Source: an uncultured Myxococcales bacterium (GTDB lineage: Bacteria; Myxococcota_A; Bradymonadia; UBA4248). Taken from it: a stretch of DNA of 64,000 bases. The notes under the pieces were generated by a model. It was not told the DNA's origin. It made no database searches and saw only the letters and a list, made by a program, of their open reading frames with translations. This document shows positions 19,356 to 28,517 of this stretch, one piece after another. The position numbers and the translations under genes were made by a program. The stretch covers positions 99,258 through 163,257 of the forward strand of contig CAYVQF010000008.1 in NCBI GenBank assembly GCA_964454015.1, read 5' to 3'. Every line of letters starts with the position of its first letter. Position 1 is the first letter of the stretch.

Positions 19356-20005
19356 CCTACGATGTCGAGCACGGCTTGCCGAGGGTCAGGGGCCAGATAG
19401 ATGGCGCGTCCGATGATGGCGTAGGTTCCTCCTGCCTCTAGGACCTCACGGTAATGACCGCCTTGTGCGCCGACTCCACAGCAGACGAGCACGGGTTCAG
19501 CGCCAACGATGTGTCGGATACGCTGAATCCTCTGGGGCCGATTTCCGGGTGCCTGCATGCCATAGACCCCGAGAGATGCGGCGAGGGCGGCCATGTCATC
19601 GGCGAGTGGTGCGGTGAAGAGACGGCCACCTGGGTTGGTCAACTCGAGCTGTACGATGATGCCGATCTCACCGCGGCTTGCATCCAAGCACGCTTCGAGC
19701 GCGTCTGGGCCGACGAAGCCATGGACCATTGCGGCCGCGCCGCCGTTCTGGCGGACGATATCAATGATGGCGCGATCCGTGTGGGGAACGTCTGCGATTT
19801 TGATGTCAGCGAAAACGGGTTTGGCAAAGGAATCGCGGAGTCTTGCCATGACCTGGGGCCCCTCGCGATAGAGGAGGGGGCAGTTGACCTTGATGACGTC
19901 CACGTGCGAAGCGATTTTCTCCAGGACGGCGGCATTCTCATCGTAAGTGTCGAGGTCGGCTGCGAAAATGATGTGCGATCGAGGCTGACCAAAAAAAGCT
20001 GGCAT
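19343..20005 (-). CDS. pyrF: Orotidine 5'-phosphate decarboxylase
   Basis: Short-form OMPDC motifs are present: ADLDT, FADIKIADVPHT, and a C-terminal GxxG phosphate-binding region. 220 aa. Confidence 0.85.
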   Translation of the reverse strand: MPAFFGQPRSHIIFAADLDTYDENAAVLEKIASHVDVIKVNCPLLYREGPQVMARLRDSFAKPVFADIKIADVPHTDRAIIDIVRQNGGAAAMVHGFVGPDALEACLDASRGEIGIIVQLELTNPGGRLFTAPLADDMAALAASLGVYGMQAPGNRPQRIQRIRHIVGAEPVLVCCGVGAQGGHYREVLEAGGTYAIIGRAIYLAPDPRQAVLDIVGQPT

Positions 20006-20008
20006 GGG

Positions 20009-21502
20009 CTATTTTCCTTTGTGACCGTTGATCCAGGCGCAGAGCTCATCGAGGGCCTGACGCGCATCGTGTTCTGTCTGGGCCCGACTCAGGGTAAAGG
20101 CCCCGGCTGTGTCCAGGTAGAGGTGGAGGGGGGGACGACGGGCAAAGAGGTTATGAGGGCCAATGGGCTGAAGCTGCCACCCAAGGGCCTCGAGGGCGGC
20201 CCTGCGCATGCTCGCCGTGCTTCCCGCAAGGCTCCCTTCCACCTGCGTTGCTCCAGCAGCCTCGGCGCAGGGCCGCACGGCGTTGAAGATGAGACGACAC
20301 TCGGCGCTGGTGGCGCCTGGTTCTGGGGCGATGGTTGGCCCGTGGTCATGAACTGGGCCGCCAATCATGACCGTGCTTTGGCTCCAGGACGTGGTAAAGG
20401 ATGCGAGGACACGGGCGACCTGGTCGAGCTCTTCCGTTGTACTAAAGCGGCTGGGGCTCAAACGCAGCGTACCCTGAGGCAGTCCGAGCTGCAGGTGTTG
20501 ATGTGGCGCGCAGTGGAGGCCCGCGCGCGCGACGATGTGATGGGCTCGCAGGTAAGGGAGGAGGTCGAGCTCAGGGTGCGCGTCCAAGCATTGGAGGGCC
20601 AGCGCGGCGCCTCTGTTTGCGCTCGGGGGGGGGCCCAGGCGGCGGAAGGAAGCGCAAGGGCTGAGGGCTTCCCAGAGGTAGGCGATGATGCACTGTAGCT
20701 CGGCAGCGTATTGCTCGCGATGGGCAAGGTCGTCTTCGAGGGCAGCGACTAGGCCGGCGATGGCCGGCAAATTGGGGGTGCCTACTTCGGCGAAGTGACG
20801 TCCGTGAGTGGGGGTGACGAGGTCTGCCGAGTGAGTTCCCGTGCCACCAAAGACGATGGGTTCAAGTGGACGCCGTGCGATCAGCACGGCCGCACCCGGT
20901 GGGGCGTGCAAAAACTTGTGGCCTGAGAAAACGATGAAGTCTGCCTCTAGGGCTTCCTTCAAGTCGAGGACGCCTGCGCTCTGACAGGCGTCGATACAGA
21001 TGGCAGAGGCTGGGCTGTGGGCGCGCACTGTAGCGATGAGGGTCGCAACGGGGTAAGCGGCTCCGCTCACATTCGACACGTGGGTGAAACAGAACATCTG
21101 TGGCTTGCTGTGGCAAGCATTCATGAGGATTGGGAGATCGAGGTCGAGGTCGTCGGCGCTATGTAGAGGGAGGTAGTGCGTCGCCACTGCAGGGAGCGCA
21201 TGGAGGGTTCGCGTGATGGCGTTATGCGCTCGGTTGTCGACAAAGCAAGTATCGCCCGCGCGCAAGGCGCCCCGCAGTACCGCGTTGAGGGCGAAGGTGG
21301 CATCGTGGGTGAAGAAGATCAGCTCCTGGGCAATGCCTAGGGCTGAGGCCGTGCGTTGTCGATAGGCCGTGATCTCCGCTTGGTCGTTGCTGCTATGGCG
21401 GACATCGCGGGGGGGCAGGTCGAGGGCACTGAGCATGGCCCTGAGCGCCTCTGGTGAGCGTGGAAATGCAGTGGTCGCGTTGTTGAGGTAGATGATTGAC
21501 AC
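20009..21502 (-). CDS. Cysteine desulfurase family protein (aminotransferase class V, SufS/CsdA-like) with a ~110-aa C-terminal extension
   Basis: IYLNNATTAF N-terminus. The PLP lysine lies in FSGHKFLHAPPG. The group-II motif RAGLHCAPH carries the catalytic Cys. Confidence 0.8.
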   Translation of the reverse strand: MSIIYLNNATTAFPRSPEALRAMLSALDLPPRDVRHSSNDQAEITAYRQRTASALGIAQELIFFTHDATFALNAVLRGALRAGDTCFVDNRAHNAITRTLHALPAVATHYLPLHSADDLDLDLPILMNACHSKPQMFCFTHVSNVSGAAYPVATLIATVRAHSPASAICIDACQSAGVLDLKEALEADFIVFSGHKFLHAPPGAAVLIARRPLEPIVFGGTGTHSADLVTPTHGRHFAEVGTPNLPAIAGLVAALEDDLAHREQYAAELQCIIAYLWEALSPCASFRRLGPPPSANRGAALALQCLDAHPELDLLPYLRAHHIVARAGLHCAPHQHLQLGLPQGTLRLSPSRFSTTEELDQVARVLASFTTSWSQSTVMIGGPVHDHGPTIAPEPGATSAECRLIFNAVRPCAEAAGATQVEGSLAGSTASMRRAALEALGWQLQPIGPHNLFARRPPLHLYLDTAGAFTLSRAQTEHDARQALDELCAWINGHKGK

Positions 21503-21710
21503 GGCTTTTGTTAGTCTACTGCGCGCTTTGGCCGATACGCGGCCATACGTCGCAAAGCGGCAAAAGAGCTTGCTTAGGGCGTCGCATTCATACAGGATGT
21601 CCGGGCTTGATGGCCGACCTTGGTTGATTACGCATCAAAGACCTCGTTGGCAAGTGAGCAAACTAACAGATGTCGAAGTGTGTGGAGAGGGGAACGTGAA
21701 AGACTATGCG

Positions 21711-24200
21711 ATGATGACAGATGCCCAGTTTCGATGTGAGGCGGCGCGGTGTGAGTTCTGCGAAGAGAAGCCTTGCCAAGTGGGCTGCCCAGCCAACTGT
21801 TCGCCTGCCGACTTCATAATGGCAGCCAAAGGTGGAGCGCCTGAAGACTTTCAGCGCGCTGCAGCAGAGATTATGACCCTGAATCCGCTCGGTGGCATTT
21901 GTGGGGTCGTCTGCCCCGACACCTACTGCCAAGCCAAGTGCACGCACAGAACCTTTGGCGATGGACCGCTGGAGATCCCTCGCCTCCAGGCCTATGTCGT
22001 GGCCAAGGCCAAAGCCCTGGGCGTGATGCCCAAGCTGAGTGCGGCGGAGAAACGTCCAGAGCGCGTGGCCGTAATCGGTGGTGGCCCGGCGGGCTTGGCG
22101 ACGGCGGCGTTCCTAGTGCAGCGCGGTTACAACGTGACGCTCTTCGAGCGTGGCGCTCGTTTAGGTGGTGCGGCCGCTCTGATCCCACCTGCCCGTTTGC
22201 CTGCTGAGGTGCTGGACTCAGATATCGCATGGTTAATGAGCCACGCTGAAATCGATCTTCGTTTGGAGACGCGCGTCGAAGACCCGCGCTCCTTGTTGAG
22301 TGAGGGCTTTGCCGCAGTGGCGGTGACTGCAGGCCTGCATGCGCCCATGGCGCTCGGTATCAGCGGTGAAGAACGCGCGGTCTATGGCAATGCCTATCTG
22401 AGCGATCCCGCGGCCTTTGCGTTCAAGGGGCGCGTCGCCATCATCGGCGGCGGGGCCATTGCCGTGGATTGTGCCGTCAGCGCCCTACAGCATGGTGCGG
22501 AAGCGGTGGAGATCATCGCGCTCGAGAAATGGAGCGAGCTACCCTTGACGCCTAACGAGAGGGGGCACCTCGAAGCAAGTGGCGTCGAGATCACTGGCCG
22601 CACCAAGGTTGTCGCCATCGATGTCGAGGGCGAGGCTATCGCTGGCTTGCGCACCATGCGGGTTGGGCTGGCCAAAGATCAGAAGTTCCATCCGCGTTTC
22701 GTGACGGAGATCGCGGGTACGGAGCAGGTCCGCGCGGACATTCAGCACGTGATCATCGCGATTGGAAACCGTGCCGAACTACCCCTGACCGAGGAGAAAG
22801 GGCTCTTCTATGCCGGTGATGGCTGGGCGGGCCCTTCTTCGGTGGTCGAAGCTTCTGCTTCCGGCAAGAACCTGGCCACGCAGATCGACACATTCTTGCG
22901 CGGTGGTGAGGTCGTTGCGTTGTCGAAGGCGCATCCGCTCAAGAGCACCGAGGTGCTACCGGGTTATGCCATGTTGCCGGTCTCTCTCGAGACAGACTTC
23001 TTCGGACGCAAGATCCCCTCGCCCTTCATCTTGTCTGCGGCACCGCCCAGCGATGGCTATGAGCAGATGAAACGGGCCTTGGACGCCGGGTGGGCTGGCG
23101 GCATCATGAAAACGGCCTTTGATGGTGTGGAGATTCACATTCCGGCCGGCTACATGTTCACCATCGATGCTGCCACCTACGGGAACTGCGACAACGTCTC
23201 GGAGCATCCGCTGAGCCGGGTCTGCGACGAGATCCGTCGCCTCTGTGCGGAGTATCCAGATCGCCTCATCGGTGCCTCTACCGGGGGTCCTTTGAGCGGC
23301 AACGACGCGGCTGACAAGTTGGTTTGGCAGGACAACATGCGCAAGCTGGAAGAAGCTGGCGCGGGTGTGGTCGAGTTCAGCCTGTCTTGCCCCCAGGGCG
23401 GAGATGGAACAGAGGGGGACATCGTCTCCCAGAGCGCCAACATGACCGCGAAGATCATTGGCTGGCTCATGGAAACCAGTCGCGCCGACGTCCCCAAGCT
23501 TTTCAAGTTGACGGCGGCCGTGACCTCTGTGGCGACCATCGTCACGGCGGTTGCCGAGGTGTTGGCGAAGTATCCTGGCAAGAAAGCGGGCGTCACTTTG
23601 GCCAACACCTTCCCGAGCCTGGCCTTCCGACCCCGTCGGGATGGGGCTCAGGGCAAGTGGGATGAGGGCGTGGTGGTCGGCTTGAGTGGCTTTGGCGTGA
23701 CCGCCATCAGCAACCTTACCTTGGCCTCTGTCGCTGGCTTGGGGGTCCCCGTCTCGGGCAACGGCGGCCCGATGAACTACCGCGCCGCAGCGGATTTCCT
23801 GGCCCTTGGCTGCAACAGCGTGCAGTTCTGCACTGTGGCCATGAAGGAGGGCGTGCACATCATCAGCCATCTGGAGAGCGGTCTGAGCCACATGATGGCG
23901 CGTTTGGGGATGAAGTCGATGGCAGACCTCATCGGTTGTGCCCTCCCGGCACCGATTACCGACTTCATGGATCTTAGCGCTGACAAGCAAATCCCCGAGG
24001 TCAACCTGGACGCCTGCGTCTCCTGCGGCAACTGCACCCGTTGTTCCTACTTTGGTGTGACCCTGGAGGGAGAGGACCGCAAACCTCAGTTCCACCCAGA
24101 GAAATGCGTTGGTTGCTCCCTGTGCACCAAGAAATGCTTTGCCGGGGCTCTTTCCATGCGCGATCGCACCCCCGAAGAGGCGGCCGCCTACCAGGGCTAA
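21711..24200 (+). CDS. Fused dihydropyrimidine dehydrogenase-like protein: Fe-S domain + GltD-like FAD/NAD(P) domain + DHOD-like TIM barrel + C-terminal 2x[4Fe-4S] ferredoxin
   Basis: N-terminal Cys clusters (CEFCEEKPCQVGCP..C). The dinucleotide fold VAVIGGGPAGLATAAFL. A DHOD/DPD-like FMN barrel (GVVEFSLSCPQGGDG). Terminal CVSCGNCTRC...CVGCSLCTKKC motifs. Start chosen at MMTDAQF (21711). The track ORF begins at 21492. Confidence 0.8.
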   Translation: MMTDAQFRCEAARCEFCEEKPCQVGCPANCSPADFIMAAKGGAPEDFQRAAAEIMTLNPLGGICGVVCPDTYCQAKCTHRTFGDGPLEIPRLQAYVVAKAKALGVMPKLSAAEKRPERVAVIGGGPAGLATAAFLVQRGYNVTLFERGARLGGAAALIPPARLPAEVLDSDIAWLMSHAEIDLRLETRVEDPRSLLSEGFAAVAVTAGLHAPMALGISGEERAVYGNAYLSDPAAFAFKGRVAIIGGGAIAVDCAVSALQHGAEAVEIIALEKWSELPLTPNERGHLEASGVEITGRTKVVAIDVEGEAIAGLRTMRVGLAKDQKFHPRFVTEIAGTEQVRADIQHVIIAIGNRAELPLTEEKGLFYAGDGWAGPSSVVEASASGKNLATQIDTFLRGGEVVALSKAHPLKSTEVLPGYAMLPVSLETDFFGRKIPSPFILSAAPPSDGYEQMKRALDAGWAGGIMKTAFDGVEIHIPAGYMFTIDAATYGNCDNVSEHPLSRVCDEIRRLCAEYPDRLIGASTGGPLSGNDAADKLVWQDNMRKLEEAGAGVVEFSLSCPQGGDGTEGDIVSQSANMTAKIIGWLMETSRADVPKLFKLTAAVTSVATIVTAVAEVLAKYPGKKAGVTLANTFPSLAFRPRRDGAQGKWDEGVVVGLSGFGVTAISNLTLASVAGLGVPVSGNGGPMNYRAAADFLALGCNSVQFCTVAMKEGVHIISHLESGLSHMMARLGMKSMADLIGCALPAPITDFMDLSADKQIPEVNLDACVSCGNCTRCSYFGVTLEGEDRKPQFHPEKCVGCSLCTKKCFAGALSMRDRTPEEAAAYQG

Positions 24201-24224
24201 GCCCTGATGAGTGCCTCCACTCCT

Positions 24225-24263
24225 CAGCGCCGAGCTACAAATAGTAGCTCGGCGCTGTTTTTC
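24225..24263 (+). terminator. Rho-independent terminator after the DPD-like gene
   Basis: A perfect 14-bp stem cagcgccgagctac / gtagctcggcgctg with a 5-nt loop aaata, followed by TTTTTC. It lies 25 nt after the stop. Confidence 0.8.
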
Positions 24264-24587
24264 TATGGCGACGGGCTTGCCTTGGGCTAGAGACCTGCTG
24301 CGAAGTGTCATCTTCCAAGGCGGTCCGGGCGTCGAGAGCGACGTCCCCGACCCCAAGCCCTTAGCCCGTGGTCTGAGGGGATGGCCTCACTTGCCCACGC
24401 CGCTTCGGTGGCCATGAGTGGGAACGGGGGGCAAGCCTTGGGTGCGAGGTGCGACCTGGTGGGAAGGACGTTGAAAAAATGCGCTCTCGGTAAATTTCTA
24501 CCTTGGAAGTGCCGATAAAGAGATCACACCGCTGTGTAGTGCGAGGCGCTGGCAGACCTCATGGCGACGCCGAAGCAATGCTCAGAG

Positions 24588-24593
24588 AAGGAG
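24588..24593 (+). promoter_or_regulatory. Shine-Dalgarno (AAGGAG) for the 24601 CDS
   Basis: AAGGAG lies 7 nt upstream of ATG 24601. Confidence 0.6.
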
Positions 24594-24600
24594 TGGGCTC

Positions 24601-25200
24601 ATGAAAGACCGACATTTTGAGTTGCTCAAACGCCAAGCACAACGAGCAGGTGTGCGTGTCGTCTTCCACGACGACCCCCGTTGTCCCTTCCTCGCGGTCG
24701 TTGCCCGCCGTGAGGTTTGCCTCTACGAGGGGTTGAGTATGCCAGAACGCTTTCGCTTGCTATGTGAGGCCATGCAAGCCTTCGGCTTGGAGCAGTGGCT
24801 GGCGACACCCGAGCCTATCCCAATTCCTCCCTCGGGGGAGATCTGGCCCCAGGATCTCTGTGACGCCACACGGACCGTGCCGAACCGCCCCCTTGCCAAG
24901 CCATTGGTGCGTGGACGGGACGAAAAGTCCACGCCCACGGTTAGCGCGGAAGAGCCCTTTCTTGGTAGGAAGTTTCCGGCGACGGTGGCTAGCGGCGCTT
25001 GCGAGATCTGTGGCGAGAGCGCTTACGCCGTGGTTCTTGGGCTGACCTATTGTCGGCACCATCTGCGCCTCTCGGTCCAAGGGCAGTTGCGTCCCGAAGA
25101 AGTGCGCCGCTTGCGAACCCGGCATGGGACCCACCCAGAGATTTCCTTCGAGCAATACGACGACAACGGATGTGGCCGCGGCGCGCTGGCTACCGGTTGA
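24601..25200 (+). CDS. Hypothetical protein
   Basis: Good SD and ATG. 199 aa with a possible Cys/His cluster (CEICGES...CRHH). No family recognised. Confidence 0.55.
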   Translation: MKDRHFELLKRQAQRAGVRVVFHDDPRCPFLAVVARREVCLYEGLSMPERFRLLCEAMQAFGLEQWLATPEPIPIPPSGEIWPQDLCDATRTVPNRPLAKPLVRGRDEKSTPTVSAEEPFLGRKFPATVASGACEICGESAYAVVLGLTYCRHHLRLSVQGQLRPEEVRRLRTRHGTHPEISFEQYDDNGCGRGALATG

Positions 25201-26061
25201 TCAACACCCGTCGAAGCGCAGGGAGATGTCCGCGCCTTTGACGGAGTGAGTCAGCGCACCACAGGAGACGACATCCACGGCCAGATCGCGTAAAGCAGGT
25301 GCCGTGGCGAGGTTGACATTGCCAGAGACCTCGACGCAGGCACGGTGGTCGATCAAAGTGAGCGCCTGGCGCATGGTCTCGACGTCCATGTTGTCGAGCA
25401 TGATGATGTCGGCGCCTGCTTGGAGCGCTTGCTCTACTTCGGCCAAGTTTTGCACTTCCACTTCGACACGCAACGTGTGGGGTGACGCGAGGCGCACTTT
25501 GGCAACGGCTGCTGCGATGCTGCCCGCGGCGTGGATGTGGTTGTCCTTAATCATCACGCCGGCGCCCAGGTTGAAACGGTGGTTGAATCCGCCCCCCATC
25601 CGCACGGCATAGCGCTGCATCTCCCGCATCCCAGGGAGGGTTTTGCGCGTGTCCACCAAGCGAATCCCGGGTCCAAGAAGGGTGGCCAGGCGATGGGTGG
25701 CCGTCGCCACCCCCGAGAGGTGCTGCAGGAAGTTCAGCGCCACTCTCTCTCCGCGCAGGAGGACGCTGGTCGGGCCGTGCATGGACGCCAAGGTGGTGCC
25801 TGTCTTGACCGCGCTCCCTTCGGCGCAGTGGAATTCCAGGTGTGGCGCGCTAAGCCCGACGAGCTCTGCGACGCGGCGCATGACCCGATCGAAGACGGGA
25901 GCACCAGCCAGGACCAGGTCTTCCTTGGCGAGGAGTCGGGCCCGGCTGTGGTCTTTGCTGGAAAAGATGGCCGCTGTGCTGACATCACCCGCGCCGAGGT
26001 CTTCCTGCAAAGCCAGGTCGATGAGCTGCAGACTGAGGGGTGAGAGGACGAGTTCGGTCAT
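25201..26061 (-). CDS. nadC: Nicotinate-nucleotide pyrophosphorylase [carboxylating] (quinolinate phosphoribosyltransferase)
   Basis: Conserved QAPRT regions are present: LALQEDLGAGDVST, RVALNFLQHLSGVAT, DTRKTLPGMR, IMLDNM, EVSGNVN. Start MTELVL overlaps the bamD stop (ATGA). Confidence 0.85.
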   Translation of the reverse strand: MTELVLSPLSLQLIDLALQEDLGAGDVSTAAIFSSKDHSRARLLAKEDLVLAGAPVFDRVMRRVAELVGLSAPHLEFHCAEGSAVKTGTTLASMHGPTSVLLRGERVALNFLQHLSGVATATHRLATLLGPGIRLVDTRKTLPGMREMQRYAVRMGGGFNHRFNLGAGVMIKDNHIHAAGSIAAAVAKVRLASPHTLRVEVEVQNLAEVEQALQAGADIIMLDNMDVETMRQALTLIDHRACVEVSGNVNLATAPALRDLAVDVVSCGALTHSVKGADISLRFDGC

Positions 26062-26903
26062 GGGTTTGGCGTTTCCACAGCGTTCTCCCGGAGCCATTGT
26101 GCGGCTTTGGAGTGGTAAGAGGAGTCTGGGTGGGCCGCGACAATGTGTTGCAACTGCTCGGCGGCGCTCACGGCGTCGTTCTCTTGGAGGTAGGCATGGG
26201 CCAGCAAGAAGCGCGCTTGCGGGATGACCTCTGCCTCGGGAAAATCTTTGAGCAGCGTGGTCAGACGCAGGATGGCGCCATGGTAGGCCTTGCGTCGGAA
26301 GTTGAACTCGGCGACATAGAGGTGGTGCATGGCGAGGCGGGTACGAATCTCGAGCGTCTTCTCACGCGCGTCGTCGGCCAAAGGGTGATCCGGGTGACGG
26401 CTGAAGAAGCGCCGGAAAGCGGTCTCGGCTTGCTGGGCACTGATCAGCTCCCGCTGCCAGGGGCGGGGCAGCAAGAAAATGTCGCTCGGCATCTGCTCAT
26501 AGTAGCAGAGGCCGATCTGGTACATGGCATAGGCCGCCTCCTCATGGCTGGGGTGACCATTGATAAACTCTTGATAGGCCACGGCAGCGACGGCGTGGCG
26601 CCCCTGTTGAAAGAGAATGTCTGCCAGGCGCAGCTCAGCCAAGGTGCTCCAGCGGCTCGAGTAAGGGTACTTCAGGCGCATCTCGCTGAAGACTTTGGTC
26701 GACTCGATGAACTGACCGCGCTCCATTCGCGACAGACCCTCGCGATAGGCGGCTTCAGCTTCAGATGATGGCGGCCCATCCCATACGGTCTTGCCACCTG
26801 TAGAGCAAGCCATGAGGGTCAATGAGACCATGACGGCGATGAGAAAGAGACAGCGTTTGGTCGCGCAGCGGAGCGTAAAGAGCAGCGTTTGCATAAGAGG
26901 CAC
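26058..26903 (-). CDS. bamD: Outer membrane protein assembly factor BamD (TPR lipoprotein)
   Basis: Lipoprotein signal ...VMVSLTLMACS. BamD/YfiO-like TPR core (YREGLSRMERGQFIESTKVFSEMRLKYPYS...). The start may be MQTLLF (26894). Confidence 0.8.
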   Translation of the reverse strand: MPLMQTLLFTLRCATKRCLFLIAVMVSLTLMACSTGGKTVWDGPPSSEAEAAYREGLSRMERGQFIESTKVFSEMRLKYPYSSRWSTLAELRLADILFQQGRHAVAAVAYQEFINGHPSHEEAAYAMYQIGLCYYEQMPSDIFLLPRPWQRELISAQQAETAFRRFFSRHPDHPLADDAREKTLEIRTRLAMHHLYVAEFNFRRKAYHGAILRLTTLLKDFPEAEVIPQARFLLAHAYLQENDAVSAAEQLQHIVAAHPDSSYHSKAAQWLRENAVETPNP

Positions 26904-27160
26904 ACTTCAAGGCGGAGTTCAACAAAAGCGACAAGGCGCGGGCGATGGACGTGGCATGCCGTCACGCCACCTTTGTCGGCTATGTATCATCTGGGCAGCG
27001 ACGCGTCCATGCAGCGGGTGGGGCGGTCTGCGGGGCGCCACCATTTCCACTTGCCTGAGGCGTTGCGTCGCGGCTAATGCGGTGGCTAAAGTAGGCGCGG
27101 CAGATTGTGGACCCGTGGACATCGGGCGCCGCGACTGCCACTGAGTTGCACACCCATGGC

Positions 27161-27166
27161 AAGGAG
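27161..27166 (+). promoter_or_regulatory. Shine-Dalgarno (AAGGAG) for the SEC-C gene
   Basis: AAGGAG lies 7 nt upstream of ATG 27174. Confidence 0.55.
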
Positions 27167-27173
27167 CCAGATC

Positions 27174-27833
27174 ATGACATTGCAGCGCAATGACCCCTGT
27201 CCCTGTGGCAGCGGCGCGAAGTACAAAGCTTGTTGCTTGAAAATGGACAAAGCGCGGGCCCATTTGGCCCGCTCGAGCGTGGATGTGGGCAGTGCCGTGA
27301 GTGCCGACACCTTGCCCTATGCCTTCTGGAAACGGTGGTCGTCAGCCTGTGTGCGCAGTGAGCACGGTCTTCTCTACGAGTTGATGTGGCCCGAAGGCGA
27401 GATGAGGCAACGCGTGGGGAGCTGGGAGTCCTTCTTTGACGCCCTGTCTGGGACCTTTTTGCCGGCCGAACCGAGTTGGCGCCTGGTCAAAATCAAGCTC
27501 GATGAGATGAACGCCTGGCTGTTGCTCGAGCAGGAAGTCGAGAAATCGCGTCAGCACCACTGCGATCTCGCCTTGCTGCATCTCTATCGCACCGTTGATG
27601 GCTATCGGGTTCGCAATATCCTGCGCCAGGAACAGTGTGAGCGGCTCTCCTTTGCGGCTTTTGGCATGGACACTGTCGAGGACGCAGTGAACGCGCGCAT
27701 AGCCAGCGGCTGGCAACGACCCGATTTGGCGGATCGTCAGGAAGAGGAAGAAGCTGCGGGCGAGGACGAGAAGCTCGACAGCGAAGACCGCGCCAACGAG
27801 GCGACCCTCGTTTCGGAAACAGAGGCGCTCTGA
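27174..27833 (+). CDS. SEC-C metal-binding motif protein (YchJ/UPF0225-like) with an acidic C-terminal tail
   Basis: N-terminal NDPCPCGSGAKYKACC SEC-C motif. Start MTLQRN, the internal ATG of ORF 27105-27833, with an SD. Confidence 0.7.
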   Translation: MTLQRNDPCPCGSGAKYKACCLKMDKARAHLARSSVDVGSAVSADTLPYAFWKRWSSACVRSEHGLLYELMWPEGEMRQRVGSWESFFDALSGTFLPAEPSWRLVKIKLDEMNAWLLLEQEVEKSRQHHCDLALLHLYRTVDGYRVRNILRQEQCERLSFAAFGMDTVEDAVNARIASGWQRPDLADRQEEEEAAGEDEKLDSEDRANEATLVSETEAL

Positions 27834-27872
27834 AGCGAGGTACGTTAGGTGTGGCGAGCTTGAGGAGGACCT

Positions 27873-28370
27873 GTGCGACGCAACGAGATGGACGTCAGGA
27901 TGGTGGCGGGGACCCTGCGCCGTTGTCCTCTTTTTGAGCGGCTCGAGAACAACGACTTGGGCAAGCTGGCGCAGATTGTCGAGGCCCATGTCTTCGACCC
28001 GAGAGATCTCGTCTTCAGGCCTGGAGAAGTGGGAGGCTCCCTCTTCATCTTGGCCCTGGGACATATTGAGTTCTTCACGCTCATCGATGGGCGGGAGCGT
28101 GCCCTCGCCATGCTGGGACCGGTTGCGTCCTTCGGTGAGTTGTCCCTGCTTTTGCCCGGGCCGCGGATGATTGGCGCTCGCGCCAAGGAAGAGGCAACGG
28201 TTTACGAACTGACCCACGGCTTGCTGAAAATGCTCGAGACCTCGGACCCAGAGCTTGCGCTCAAACTCATCGATGCCTTGCGCAGCACGGCTGCAAAAAC
28301 ATTCGCTCCCATGCGCAGCCTCCTCGAGCAACTCTTCATTGGCGCTGTGCGCGAGGCGACGCCCACCTGA
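27873..28370 (+). CDS. Cyclic nucleotide-binding domain protein
   Basis: cNMP-binding beta-roll signature ...FRPGEVGGSLFILALGHIEF...FGELSLL. 165 aa, single domain. Confidence 0.7.
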   Translation: MRRNEMDVRMVAGTLRRCPLFERLENNDLGKLAQIVEAHVFDPRDLVFRPGEVGGSLFILALGHIEFFTLIDGRERALAMLGPVASFGELSLLLPGPRMIGARAKEEATVYELTHGLLKMLETSDPELALKLIDALRSTAAKTFAPMRSLLEQLFIGAVREATPT

Positions 28371-28517
28371 GCCCTGGCGCTGACCCTTGCGGGAGGTGAG
28401 CACGGGTTGCCCTCTCTGACGCGCGCTCACAATAGCGGTGCCGTTGCAATGGGTGTAAGTTAATCGACCCTGACGCGATGTCATCAGTGGTTGGTTGTGG
28501 AACGAATGGAGGAAGCG

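Noticed and set aside
19454-20698. 414-aa plus-strand ORF
   Set aside because: It is antisense to the pyrF and SufS-like genes, which both have strong family motifs.
22956-24356. 466-aa ORF on the minus strand
   Set aside because: It lies entirely antisense to the well-supported DPD-like gene. Its composition is typical of high-GC shadow ORFs (Arg/Gly/Ala-rich) and it has no domain signal.
27342-28484. 380-aa minus-strand ORF
   Set aside because: It is antisense to both the SEC-C and cNMP-binding genes. It is a shadow ORF.
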